A stretch of DNA of 64,000 nt from Minisyncoccia bacterium (GCA_041740795.1 JBGSLH010000011.1:3875-67874); one strand, 5' to 3'. Numbered from the stretch's first letter, positions 30,231-40,230 are shown. Numbers and translations: made by a program. Notes: generated from the sequence alone by a model not told the origin.

Positions 30231-31680
30231 TACCGATAAAATATTGAATACTTTTGAAGGGTCTCATGCAGTCCTTGATTTTCTTAATCCTGATAATGCT
30301 CCATATACACCACTTGTAGAAATACCAGATCATTTAAATCCATATAGAAAAGATGGTGTTAGAATTTTTGCAAAACTTATGAATATGTTACCGCTTGCAA
30401 ATGTAAAATCACTTCCCGCGTACAACATGCTTTTAGATAAAAAGGAAAAAGGACAACTTGATGGTGTTGATACTGTGATTGAAAATTCGTCTGGAAATAC
30501 TGTTTTCTCTCTTGCAGTTATTTCTCGATTGATGGGCATTTCTCATACAAAAGCAATTGTTTCTCATGAAGTAAGTAGAGGTAAATTAAATTTACTTCGA
30601 TTTTTGGGTACAGAAATAATTGTTAATGAAGAGCCTATTTGCCCAGATCCAAGTGATAAGACGAGTGGTATTTATAAAGCGAAAAAGTGGGCTAAAGAAA
30701 ATAATTGGTTTAACCCTGGACAATATGATAATGAGGCAAATCCAGAAGCACATTATAAATGGACTGGTCCGCAAATCTGGGAACAAACGAAAGAAAAAGT
30801 ATCATTACTATCTGTTGGGTTAGGTACAACTGGCTCTGTTACAGGAACAGGGAGATATCTTAAAGAAAAAAACCCAACTATTAAAATACTCGGAGTTTCG
30901 AGAATTATTAATAATCCTGTTCCTGGTGTTAGAACAAATAATCTCTTAAAAGAAATCGCATTTAATTGGAAATCTATTTTAGACTATCAAGAAGAAGTCG
31001 GAACAATTGAATCTTATGAAATGTCATTAAAATTATGTAGGGCAGGTTTATTTGTTGGTCCAAGCTCGGGCTTTGCATTTGTTGGTCTTTTAAATCATTT
31101 GTCCAAACAAAATCTCTCAGGAGAAGAAAAAATTGCAGTCTTTATGTGTCCTGATAGTCCACTTCCTTATATCGAGGAATATTTTAAATATTTAAACCCG
31201 CATAACTTTCCTGTTATAGAGAATGAATCTTTATTGAAAGAACAGCAGGTTGAAATGGTTCAAAAAGAATCGTTGATTAAAGAATCTTCTCCTCATGAAA
31301 TTTTCAATCTCGTTTTTTTAGAAACGGTAAAAGAATTATGGGATACAATAAAAAATAAAAAAGAAATTTCTTTAAATAAAAAAATAAAAATTGTAGATTT
31401 GAGAACTGAAAGTGAATTTGAAGATCATAACATACCCACTTCTATACATATTCCTTATCATGATATAGATGATTTTTTGAAAAAGAATAAAAGAAAACTT
31501 AAAAAATACGAAGCTGTTGTATTTGTGTGTCGTCACGGTGCAATGAGTAGGCTTGCAACTTTTAAGGCGCAAGAGATGGGAATTAAATCAATAAATTTAA
31601 AAGGAGGTGATGCTGAATGGAGCAGATTGAATCTACCTCGAATCCGATCAGAAAATTGTATTAAATGTTTTGATTTGTAA
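30214..31680 (+). CDS. PLP-dependent cysteine-synthase-like domain fused to a C-terminal rhodanese domain
   Basis: The N-terminal about 330 aa follow the fold-type II PLP enzyme pattern (GTTGSVTGTGRYLKE, GPSSGFAF). The C-terminal IVDLRTESEFEDHNIP...VFVCRHGAMS is a rhodanese with active-site Cys. First ATG at 30214; the ORF track gives TTG 30196. Confidence 0.65.
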   Translation: MNQKTNTDKILNTFEGSHAVLDFLNPDNAPYTPLVEIPDHLNPYRKDGVRIFAKLMNMLPLANVKSLPAYNMLLDKKEKGQLDGVDTVIENSSGNTVFSLAVISRLMGISHTKAIVSHEVSRGKLNLLRFLGTEIIVNEEPICPDPSDKTSGIYKAKKWAKENNWFNPGQYDNEANPEAHYKWTGPQIWEQTKEKVSLLSVGLGTTGSVTGTGRYLKEKNPTIKILGVSRIINNPVPGVRTNNLLKEIAFNWKSILDYQEEVGTIESYEMSLKLCRAGLFVGPSSGFAFVGLLNHLSKQNLSGEEKIAVFMCPDSPLPYIEEYFKYLNPHNFPVIENESLLKEQQVEMVQKESLIKESSPHEIFNLVFLETVKELWDTIKNKKEISLNKKIKIVDLRTESEFEDHNIPTSIHIPYHDIDDFLKKNKRKLKKYEAVVFVCRHGAMSRLATFKAQEMGIKSINLKGGDAEWSRLNLPRIRSENCIKCFDL

Positions 31681-31726
31681 TTAAAATAATCATGCGTGAT
31701 TTAAAAAATAGTATATAATCAACGAT

Positions 31727-32848
31727 ATGAAAAAATTCAGTATAGTATCCTTATTTTCACTACTTCTTTTGGTTTCAAATATCACAGTGTCTTCTGCACA
31801 AGAAATCCATGAAGAATATCAAGGAACTTATCGAGCAGAGATCTTGAATATAGTAAAAGAAGAATCTCGTGTTGTGTGGAACGATACCAAATCAACATAC
31901 AAAACAGTAGAAGTTAAATTTCTGGAGGGTCCACAAAAAAATAAGACAATTACTTTTGAAAGTGATTTTCCTGTTATCAATAAAGGACAAAAAATTTATG
32001 TAAATTATCTTGTAGATATTGGAGGAAAAGAAAGATATGCAATTACGAATATTGATAGGCAAAATCAAGTATACTTTTTTATTGGATTATTTATTTTGGC
32101 AGTTATATTGCTTGGGGGTAAGCAGGGGGTGAGATCACTTGTTTCTTTGTCCGCAAGTTTCCTCGCAATATTTTATATTCTATTGCCAGGACTCCTTCAT
32201 GGATGGAATCCACTTGTAACAAGTGTTGTAGTTGCTTCTGCTATTTTGTTTTTTGCAATATTTTTTACACATGGATTTAATAGAGAATCACTCGTTGCAT
32301 ATGGAGGGACAATGCTCTCGGTTTTTCTCACGAGTATTCTTGCTGTTGTTGCAGTTAAAACAACATATCTTTCAGGGTTTTCGGCTGATGAAAGTGTGTC
32401 TCTTAATTTTAATACAGGAGGAGTACTTGATTTTACAGGGCTTCTTCTTGGTGCAATTATTATTGGAGTACTTGGGGTGCTTGATGATATTGCGGTGACA
32501 CAGGCGGCTATTGTTTCAGAATTGTACGACAGTAATAAAGATATTAGTCGTATGGAAGTATATAAGAGGGCAATGAGAGTTGGACGAGAACATGTTGGTG
32601 CTCTTGTGAATACACTTGTACTTGCATATACAGGAACAGCTTTACCGCTTTTACTTTTATTTAAAACGCAACAATTTAGTTTTACAACTGCAATTAATCT
32701 AGAAATTTTCACCACCGAAATTATCAGAACAATTATCGGAAGTATTGGATTAATCATTACGGTGCCAATCGTGACTCTTCTTGCTGTATATTTTTTGAAA
32801 GGGTATAAGTCCAAACATCATCAGGCGCATTCGCACCATTCTCATTAA
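31727..32848 (+). CDS. YibE/F family membrane protein with His-rich C-terminus
   Basis: Signal/extracytoplasmic N-domain, then 6-7 TM helices typical of YibE/F. It ends in KSKHHQAHSHHSH. Confidence 0.7.
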   Translation: MKKFSIVSLFSLLLLVSNITVSSAQEIHEEYQGTYRAEILNIVKEESRVVWNDTKSTYKTVEVKFLEGPQKNKTITFESDFPVINKGQKIYVNYLVDIGGKERYAITNIDRQNQVYFFIGLFILAVILLGGKQGVRSLVSLSASFLAIFYILLPGLLHGWNPLVTSVVVASAILFFAIFFTHGFNRESLVAYGGTMLSVFLTSILAVVAVKTTYLSGFSADESVSLNFNTGGVLDFTGLLLGAIIIGVLGVLDDIAVTQAAIVSELYDSNKDISRMEVYKRAMRVGREHVGALVNTLVLAYTGTALPLLLLFKTQQFSFTTAINLEIFTTEIIRTIIGSIGLIITVPIVTLLAVYFLKGYKSKHHQAHSHHSH

Positions 32849-32924
32849 TCTGTATGACAGTCTAGTGCTACAATTACTTAATAAAATATTGATTCAATGA
32901 CTATTGAAGTCGTGGCATTCGAAG

Positions 32925-34244
32925 TTAACTCAGACTAATTTTTTTGTCTTTCAATATAAGCTTACTCTTCAAATTACACAGCAATTCTCTCTTCTCATAT
33001 ATAGGTCTTTTCCTCAGAATGTGTTTTGCATAATTTCTAATGTCCACTTCTCTGATTTTCACTTTTTCCTTAACCTCTTTCCCGAGTACTGATTCTTGGA
33101 ACTCATTGTGTGATTCAATCTCAGATCTTATTCGATCTTTCATACCTATTTCATCAAGTGAAACGGTATCTAAAATATTTGCAATTTGTTCAATTAGAAC
33201 TTCTTCTTTAATATGTTCGCATTTGCAATCTTTGTCATGGAACTTTGTACATCTGTAATATACATAGCGTGCTTGAGTCCCATCTTTTAGTTTCTTGAAT
33301 TTTTCATCAGCCGTAACTCCTGACCCACATAGTCCACAAGTGATCATTCTTGTAAATGCAAATTCTTTATTTTGAGTTCGTACCAGATAATCATTGGTAA
33401 TTTGTTTTTGTACTTGCAGGTATAAATCTTTAGATATTATTGGCTCATGTTTTCCTTTATACCAATTTCCACTTTTAACTGGATATTCAAATTCTCCGTA
33501 ATAAAAGGTATTTTTTAAAATTATGTAAATGTTACTTAGTGTTAAAGGTCTTCCACTTTTAGATGTGAATCTAATATCATCTCTAAGCCAGTGAAATACT
33601 TTTCGTCCAGACCATCTGTTGTGTGCAACTTTTTCAAATATTTGTCTAATGATTTCTGATCTTTGCTCGTCTTTAATTACTTCACACTTTTTATTTCTAT
33701 CTCGGTTTATTAAATATCCGGTAGGGGGAACTGAAGGCCATAATCCCATTTCGCATCTTGCCCTGAGTCCACGCTTCACGTTCACCATCTTATTATCATT
33801 TTCAAGCTTTGCTTGAGAACCAAGAATCATGAGTAGGAATTTCTCATTTGGATTGTTTGTGAATTTTTGTCCGTAGGTTCGTATTTCAACAAGATGCTTT
33901 TGATCCATCAAATCCACTACTGATCCAAGGTCACCTGCATTTCTTGAAAGTCTATCTGGTGCCCATGTGAGAATTCCATTAAATTTTCCTTCTCGAATTT
34001 CATTGATAAGTTCGTTATATACAGGTCTTTGCCCAACTTCTTTTGATGAGTGAGATTCTCTCTTTATCTCTACAATAGTAAGCCCTTCTCGCTCTGCAAG
34101 TGCTTGCATTTCTCTCACCTGTGATTCGATTGATAATGCTTGTTTATCCTCTTGTTCGGTCGATTTTCGAGCATAGAGGCAGTACTTGATCTCTACTGGC
34201 ACTTCTTGCACAGGTACCCTTTCTGTCCTTTGTTTTGTTTCCAT
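32925..34244 (-). CDS. Large serine recombinase (resolvase domain + recombinase domain + zinc ribbon)
   Basis: YCLYARKSTEQEDKQALSIESQ with catalytic Ser, WAPDRLSRN, and CGLCGS...YYRCTKFHDKDC zinc ribbon. Confidence 0.9.
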   Translation of the reverse strand: METKQRTERVPVQEVPVEIKYCLYARKSTEQEDKQALSIESQVREMQALAEREGLTIVEIKRESHSSKEVGQRPVYNELINEIREGKFNGILTWAPDRLSRNAGDLGSVVDLMDQKHLVEIRTYGQKFTNNPNEKFLLMILGSQAKLENDNKMVNVKRGLRARCEMGLWPSVPPTGYLINRDRNKKCEVIKDEQRSEIIRQIFEKVAHNRWSGRKVFHWLRDDIRFTSKSGRPLTLSNIYIILKNTFYYGEFEYPVKSGNWYKGKHEPIISKDLYLQVQKQITNDYLVRTQNKEFAFTRMITCGLCGSGVTADEKFKKLKDGTQARYVYYRCTKFHDKDCKCEHIKEEVLIEQIANILDTVSLDEIGMKDRIRSEIESHNEFQESVLGKEVKEKVKIREVDIRNYAKHILRKRPIYEKRELLCNLKSKLILKDKKISLS

Positions 34245-34308
34245 ACCCCATTAATGACGCAACAGCCTTGATGAGTCTAGAGCGTCCGAGACTCCTTGAA
34301 GTTGGTAA

Positions 34309-35769
34309 CTAAATGGCATCTGGACGGACACCATTAGCAAAGACTCCAACAGACCCTCTTTTAACACTCCACTTCTCAGCTACCTTTAGAAGCAGGATTG
34401 CAAAAGCATCCACTAAGTCGTCGTGTTTTTCGATACCGAATCCAAGGAGTTGTGTAATGAGCTCATCTGCTCCGTGTCGTGGGAACAACACCTGTCCATT
34501 TTGTACGAGATGACTCACTGAATTGAGTCTACTGTATTTGTCACCTCGACTCCTTACTCCCTCAGCAGGATATCGAGCGGCCACTAAGTGCTCAATGATT
34601 GATTCTTGATAGCCATTACTTTCGATCCATAGTTTTCCCTTTGGATAAAATGAATCAGATATTGTCTTTGCCGTATCAATTGTGTCTAACGAGGTGAGTC
34701 GTCTGTTAATAATGTTTGGAGTAATGTAGATTACCATGTCCTTTGAGTATCGTCCTTGAATCTGTCCAGAAACCATCGCTGTATAGTCAGCGTTTTCTTT
34801 CTGTGAAATGGCGAGGTCGATACCAGTTGCAAAGTATGTGTGGTATGTCTTGATAGGTAATTTGTCATAGTGTTGTATCCACTCAGGTTTGATTATTTGT
34901 TCATCAGTTGAAATAATTCTGAGCAAGAATTCACGATTCCATGACACGTCATTCATTACCTTGGCACGCAACTCCTCAATACTCTCCATGTTCGGAAATT
35001 TTCCAGGCCATGCAGGATTTCCATTCTCATCAATAATGGGAAATTCCCTATAGACACCTTCAGTTTTTCCAGTCTCAATAAGATTCTGAAGTCGTTTCAG
35101 TAGTGAGTCTTCGTGAAGTAAGTTTCCAACAGCAACAATTTTTGTACCTCTATCACCAGCAGGAATAACTTCGCCTGTAAACCAGTCGAATATTTTATTT
35201 CTACCTTCTTGAGTTTTCACCATATTTGTATCTTCAACATCATCAAGAACGATAAGATCTGGACGAAATTCTCCAAAGAGTGAACCACGAATACTTTGCT
35301 CTACAGAACCGATGGTGATACGAGCCTTAAGTCTTGAAATGATAAGTGCTTGTGAACCCCACTGTGATTTTTCTTCTTGGAATGGTCCGAGGTCGTTACG
35401 AAGTAATGTGTTCTGTTCAAATTCACGTTTTATGTTCATCAGAAAGTGTCGAGCTCTTTGTTCGGTCTGACTCTGTATGGTCACAAACTTTTTTTGCTGT
35501 CTGCCGAGTATCGACCAGATGATGTATGCATTCGTAATCACTGTTGATTTTGCTGATCCACGAAAAGCGACGAATATGGCAAGCTCTATATCATCACTCT
35601 GAAGAATACGAAATATCTCCCGATGGAATTCAGGGGTTTCATACTTGATGTATCGCGAATAGTAGATAGTGAAAAACCACTCAAAGTCACGAGATGTAAT
35701 CTCACGTCTTAGAGTTTTGTCCTTCAATATTCGCTCAATCAGTTTCTCTTTTTCCTTACTCTTTTTCAT
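34309..35769 (-). CDS. Phage terminase large subunit
   Basis: ATPase motifs FRGSAKST and DLIVLDDVED. C-terminal RNase-H-like nuclease motifs GIDLA and HDDLVDAFAILL. Confidence 0.8.
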   Translation of the reverse strand: MKKSKEKEKLIERILKDKTLRREITSRDFEWFFTIYYSRYIKYETPEFHREIFRILQSDDIELAIFVAFRGSAKSTVITNAYIIWSILGRQQKKFVTIQSQTEQRARHFLMNIKREFEQNTLLRNDLGPFQEEKSQWGSQALIISRLKARITIGSVEQSIRGSLFGEFRPDLIVLDDVEDTNMVKTQEGRNKIFDWFTGEVIPAGDRGTKIVAVGNLLHEDSLLKRLQNLIETGKTEGVYREFPIIDENGNPAWPGKFPNMESIEELRAKVMNDVSWNREFLLRIISTDEQIIKPEWIQHYDKLPIKTYHTYFATGIDLAISQKENADYTAMVSGQIQGRYSKDMVIYITPNIINRRLTSLDTIDTAKTISDSFYPKGKLWIESNGYQESIIEHLVAARYPAEGVRSRGDKYSRLNSVSHLVQNGQVLFPRHGADELITQLLGFGIEKHDDLVDAFAILLLKVAEKWSVKRGSVGVFANGVRPDAI

Positions 35770-36169
35770 GATTTCGTAGTGATGAAAGTTTCAATGCTTC
35801 TCGAATTAATTGTTTCTGCTCTCTTGTAAGTGGTTCATCTTTTGAAATTGAACCAGACACTTCGAGTTTGTTGCTGTACCGAGCGTTGTGTGTAGAAAGA
35901 TACAGCCTGATTGCTTCGATCTTCTTCTCACCAATGAGTGAGAAGAGTTGATTCTCTGCAATGTCAGACATAAACGTACGTCCTTCTGTCAGTGCTTCAT
36001 CAACTTTTTTCTCGAATTGTTTGTTTGTATTAATCCATCTATAAACTGTTGATCTGGCAACACCAACTTTTTGACATGCGGTTTCAATAGTTGGTGTACG
36101 TTTCAACTGCTCAAGAAAAGCTTCTTTGAGTTTGTTTTGCCGAGCTGTGATTGTTTTACGTCTACTCAT
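35756..36169 (-). CDS. HTH protein, terminase small-subunit-like
   Basis: ACQKVGVARSTVYRWINTNKQFEKKVDEA. It overlaps the terminase large subunit start. Confidence 0.5.
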   Translation of the reverse strand: MSRRKTITARQNKLKEAFLEQLKRTPTIETACQKVGVARSTVYRWINTNKQFEKKVDEALTEGRTFMSDIAENQLFSLIGEKKIEAIRLYLSTHNARYSNKLEVSGSISKDEPLTREQKQLIREALKLSSLRNHEKE

Positions 36170-36924
36170 ATTTTTTCTGCTTTAATACCTGATAATTTTT
36201 CAAACCTGTCTATGATTGTCTGACAATATTCTGTGTCCATCTCAACTCCAATACAGACTCTTTTTGTTTGTTCACATGCAAGTAGAGTTGTTCCTGATCC
36301 AAGAAAACCATCAAAAACAATATCTCCAATCCGAGTACTGTTTAAGATGAGTCTTCGTATTAAATCAAGTGGTTTTGTTGACGGATGCATTTTGCTTTTG
36401 TTTGGTCGAGGACAAATAAGAACACTCTTATCTTTTGACTTGATAAACTCATGTACTCCAAACCATCCGTAGGCAATCAATTCATGTTGTGGGGCGTAAT
36501 CCATCCTTCCAATTACGGCATGTGTCTTGACCCAAATAAGCAATTGTCCAAACTTCACACCTGCTTGAAGCATGCCTTCTCTGAGAGCAAATATCATTTT
36601 GTCTGAGTTGAAGATGTAGAACGTATTTTTCCTTTCAAGGTGGGGAAGTATGGCTTCTATCCATTCCTTGGTGAACTTAATATATTCAGCATCAGTCTGA
36701 TAATGATCATTTGCGATCACTTTGTTTTTTGAAAGAGTTTGAAATCCTTCTTTACTTTCAGTTAGGGCGACACCATATGGTACATCAGCAATTACTGATT
36801 TGATTTTCCTGTCTTTGATTACTTTTGAGATTAATTCTTTATTTCGAGAATCAGTACAGATTAGTAGATGATCTCCGAGTTTAAAAATTTCTCCTTCTTT
36901 AATTAAGTTTGGTGATTTTTTCAT
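36166..36924 (-). CDS. DNA N4/N6 methyltransferase (beta-class motif order)
   Basis: Motif IV IADVPYG precedes motif I FDGFLGSGTTLLACE. Confidence 0.8.
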   Translation of the reverse strand: MKKSPNLIKEGEIFKLGDHLLICTDSRNKELISKVIKDRKIKSVIADVPYGVALTESKEGFQTLSKNKVIANDHYQTDAEYIKFTKEWIEAILPHLERKNTFYIFNSDKMIFALREGMLQAGVKFGQLLIWVKTHAVIGRMDYAPQHELIAYGWFGVHEFIKSKDKSVLICPRPNKSKMHPSTKPLDLIRRLILNSTRIGDIVFDGFLGSGTTLLACEQTKRVCIGVEMDTEYCQTIIDRFEKLSGIKAEKI

Positions 36925-38185
36925 TTGGATTAAGTTGTTTAAATCTGTTAATTATTACCTGACAAAAAACTGGTTCGATTTCATTCATGTACGCTATTCT
37001 TTTTAGTTGTTCACATGCTGATAAAATACTTCCAGATCCTGCTGTTGCATCGAGGATAATGTCTCCGGGTCTTGTACATCTTCGAAGAGATTTTTCATGC
37101 AATGTTGGACACTTTTGAGTCGGATGCGAATATTGATCGACTGGGAGTCTTTTTACTAACCAAATGTTCAGAAGATCGAGAATGTCATCAGTCAGTCTAT
37201 TTCCAGTAGTGACTTCTTTATTCTGAATCTCGTGGAGGTTTTTGAACTTATCATTAATCCAAGGTTTGCCGACTGTTCCATATACACAGAATTCTGTTAC
37301 TTTGTTGAACGCCTGTTTTGGAGTTGCTGAGAAGTTGTTCTTGATCCAAATGAGGAGTCTCTTCGAATCTACTTTTAATTCTTTGTATGCTTTTTGAAAA
37401 AGCCAAACGTATCGCTCATCACACCAGAAAAGTACGTGAGCATCTGTCTTGATGACAGATAGGGAATTGGTAATTATTGTTTTTACGAATCTTTCATATT
37501 CTTCGTCAGATTTACTGTCATTTGTCTTTCCACCATACTTACCTTTCTTCGCAGACATTCCGTGGTCATATGAATATGAAATATTAAATGGCAAATCTGA
37601 ATTTATTAAGTCAGCTTTTTCTCCGTTCATAAGTTTCTTGATGTTCTCAGGATTTAGAGAATCAGAACAAAGGAGTCGATGTCTCCCCAGAGCAAAATAA
37701 TCACCAACTTTAATGTCAGTATCTTTTGCTTTCTCGATTTCCTTTTCTTCATCAAACTCATCGTCAGATACATCTAGTTCATCATCGAAGATGTTTGAAA
37801 GATCTAGTGAATCAAATCCTGCTGTGAGAAGTTCTTCAAGATCAAAGTCTTGTGCGAGTTTCTCAAAGTCCCATGATCCTCCTGAACGATTTGAAGTTAG
37901 TAGGTAGTCCTTAAACTCTGCTTGGGTAAGAGGTCTGTTTGGAACTCGAACTTCAATTTCCTCTTCATTTCTTCCTAGTAGGGAAAGGGCGAGTATTCTT
38001 TGGTTTCCTGCAATTAATGTTCCGTCTGTGTTGATACAGGGTAATTCTGCAACATTAAACTTCTTAAGACTTCGCTGAAGTCCCTTGAGTTGAATATCTG
38101 ATAATGTTCTTGGGTTTTTTGAGTATCTTATTAAATCCTTCACTCGTCGCTTTTCTGTGTGCCAGACTATTTTTTGTTTAGACAT
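36899..38185 (-). CDS. ParB-like nuclease domain fused to a DNA methyltransferase
   Basis: ParB-N-like N-terminus (IRYSKNPRTLSD...GNQRILA), acidic linker, NSDLPFNISY (motif IV) and LDATAGSGSILSACE (motif I). Confidence 0.8.
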   Translation of the reverse strand: MSKQKIVWHTEKRRVKDLIRYSKNPRTLSDIQLKGLQRSLKKFNVAELPCINTDGTLIAGNQRILALSLLGRNEEEIEVRVPNRPLTQAEFKDYLLTSNRSGGSWDFEKLAQDFDLEELLTAGFDSLDLSNIFDDELDVSDDEFDEEKEIEKAKDTDIKVGDYFALGRHRLLCSDSLNPENIKKLMNGEKADLINSDLPFNISYSYDHGMSAKKGKYGGKTNDSKSDEEYERFVKTIITNSLSVIKTDAHVLFWCDERYVWLFQKAYKELKVDSKRLLIWIKNNFSATPKQAFNKVTEFCVYGTVGKPWINDKFKNLHEIQNKEVTTGNRLTDDILDLLNIWLVKRLPVDQYSHPTQKCPTLHEKSLRRCTRPGDIILDATAGSGSILSACEQLKRIAYMNEIEPVFCQVIINRFKQLNPNEKITKLN

Positions 38186-38187
38186 GT

Positions 38188-38556
38188 TTATTTTTTATCG
38201 TTAATAAGTTCAATGTTGGTAATTTTTAGAAACAAAGCTACATCACTGGACGTGACCTTATCTGATTGTGTCTTTTCATACAGACCTTCAATCACATCAG
38301 GTATTCGTTCTTTCGCCCAGTTTTTAATTGTGGCAATTACTAGATCATCAAATCGAGGATGACGTTTCCAGTCTGTGAGAGTGTCTTCACAAACTCCGAT
38401 CGATGTTGCAAATTCCTTTTGAGTCTTTATCTTTCTAGATCCTCTTGGAGTCCCGCACCAGACTGCAAATTGAACAAATTCGGCTGGTAAACGAAGATTT
38501 AGAGTGCTTAACTGAAAATCGGATTTAATCGGAGTAAGCGATGAAGTTTTATTCAT
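38188..38556 (-). CDS. Phage HTH protein
   Basis: QKEFATSIGVCEDTLTDWKRHPRF is an HTH pattern. It is the first gene of the minus-strand block. Confidence 0.4.
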   Translation of the reverse strand: MNKTSSLTPIKSDFQLSTLNLRLPAEFVQFAVWCGTPRGSRKIKTQKEFATSIGVCEDTLTDWKRHPRFDDLVIATIKNWAKERIPDVIEGLYEKTQSDKVTSSDVALFLKITNIELINDKK

Positions 38557-38595
38557 GTAATTTATTTATGATTAATTGCTAATGTGAAGCAACAA

Positions 38596-38635
38596 AAAAC
38601 ACCGAATACTTTTATTTAAAAGTATTCGGTGTTTT
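38596..38635. terminator. Perfect 18-bp hairpin with A/T tracts on both sides
   Basis: aaaacaccgaatactttt-attt-aaaagtattcggtgtttt. Confidence 0.6.
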
Positions 38636-38647
38636 GGAAATTAAAAA

Positions 38648-38720
38648 AAGGGATGCAAATTTCCAATAACAAAATACTCCTAAATTAATAGGTATTTATT
38701 ATTCGAAATTTATATCCCTT
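38648..38720. repeat. Long imperfect inverted repeat (22-nt arms, 3 mismatches) with a nested inner stem
   Basis: aagggatgcaaatttccaataa ... ttattcgaaatttatatccctt, with inner stem aaatac/gtattt. Confidence 0.6.
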
Positions 38721-39178
38721 ATGATACGACTTATCCTTCGCCGTTAGTATCGTGGTCTGTTTGCGGGTGACATCATCATATCCAGTTTCTATATAAAATC
38801 ATTTCAATTGCCCTCGCAAGGTTTATATTCCTGTTGGTCTACTAAACCGGTTGGCGCCTCGCTCGGACAATCTTTAATAAGTGTTTCAAGTTGCTTTCAT
38901 GTGAATTATACTTATATTTTTATAAATTGTGCAAACTGTATCTGTGGATAACCCCAATAAGTTGAATGCATAGGTTTATTTACAGTTCTAATAAATAAAG
39001 TATTGAACGGGATATTCATTTTGGGATAAAACTTTTAATATGTCTCGGAAAAGTGGTAAAATAAATTTACAAAATTCAATAACCTAACCCTCTAAAGAGA
39101 TATGGTTAAAAGTCCGTCCAAAGAATTTCCTTGTGAGAGGATTCCTCTTTTGTGTCGTGTAGTTATATGAGTTTTGTT

Positions 39179-40228
39179 TTATTCATTCAACCAAAACCAA
39201 AACATGTTTTTTACACTCTCTGTCATTTCATATGTGTCAGCGTGAGACAAAACACCCAAATATGATGCAAATGAAGATTTCATCGTTAACTCTTTTATTT
39301 TGCCATTTTTATAGAGAGTTACATTCTGATGGATTTTCTTAGGAATCTTTCGTTTAGTTTTTGTGCGGAGTTTTATGTGGTGGGGCAGTATTACATATCC
39401 AAGAAAATCAATCCCTTGATTATGTTTTCGTAGAATCAATTTCTTTGGGTGTAATTCGAGATGAAGTTCTTTCTTTAGAAATTCTTGTATCGGAAGAAGT
39501 AAGTTTTCGAGATGGGCTTTATCATCTGAAATAATTACAAAGTCATCTGTATACCGTGCATAGTTTTTTATTTTTAATTTATGTTTAACAAATTGATCAA
39601 ATTTATCCATATAGATATTCGCAAATATTTGCGATGTCAGATTTCCTATCGGTACACCCTTCGACTCAAAAAGATTCGTACGACTCGCTTCAAAACTACC
39701 GATTACTTCTCGAAGAAGCTTTCTAACTTTTTCATCTTTTATTTTTCCATTCAAGATTTTAATCAGTGTTGTGTGATCTATGGAATCAAAAAATCTCTTA
39801 ATATCACATTTAAGTGCATAACATGGATGTGTATGATTTTTGCTTACTGTTCGTATCATTTTAGCAACTTTCTCCATACCTTTATGTGTTCCTTTGCCAA
39901 TTCGACAGGAATACGAATCGTTGATAAATGTAGGTTCAAATATCTGATTCAAAACACAGAACATTGCATGATGAAGAACTCTGTCTCTCACTGTTGCTTT
40001 ATGAATTCTTCTGAGTTTGGGGTCATGTATCCAAAATCCTTTATATGCTCCATGTCTATATTTTTCTTCTTTCAAATCTCTATACAGGTCGAATATGTTT
40101 TGTTCAAGATCAATCTCAAAAGCCATAACATCAGGTTTATTCCGTTTGTCAGATTTGAATATTTCCCAAGCAGGAAACAGTGTTTGGGGAGAAATTATTA
40201 ACCAATATAAATCTTTATAAAATTTCAT
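39179..40228 (-). CDS. Diversity-generating retroelement reverse transcriptase
   Basis: RT motifs include VPIGNLTSQIFANIYM, the DGR-type [ILV]GxxxSQ motif 4, and the YTDDF catalytic box. Size about 350 aa. Adjacent Avd and a TR/VR pair are present. Confidence 0.9.
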   Translation of the reverse strand: MKFYKDLYWLIISPQTLFPAWEIFKSDKRNKPDVMAFEIDLEQNIFDLYRDLKEEKYRHGAYKGFWIHDPKLRRIHKATVRDRVLHHAMFCVLNQIFEPTFINDSYSCRIGKGTHKGMEKVAKMIRTVSKNHTHPCYALKCDIKRFFDSIDHTTLIKILNGKIKDEKVRKLLREVIGSFEASRTNLFESKGVPIGNLTSQIFANIYMDKFDQFVKHKLKIKNYARYTDDFVIISDDKAHLENLLLPIQEFLKKELHLELHPKKLILRKHNQGIDFLGYVILPHHIKLRTKTKRKIPKKIHQNVTLYKNGKIKELTMKSSFASYLGVLSHADTYEMTESVKNMFWFWLNE

Positions 40229-40230
40229 TT

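Noticed and set aside
39179-40228. Alternative readings of the RT as a group II intron maturase, retron RT or Abi-type RT.
   Set aside because: There are no intron RNA domains, no maturase or endonuclease extension, and no msr/msd-like inverted repeats. The IGNLTSQ motif, the adjacent Avd and an adenine-specific TR/VR pair fit a DGR.
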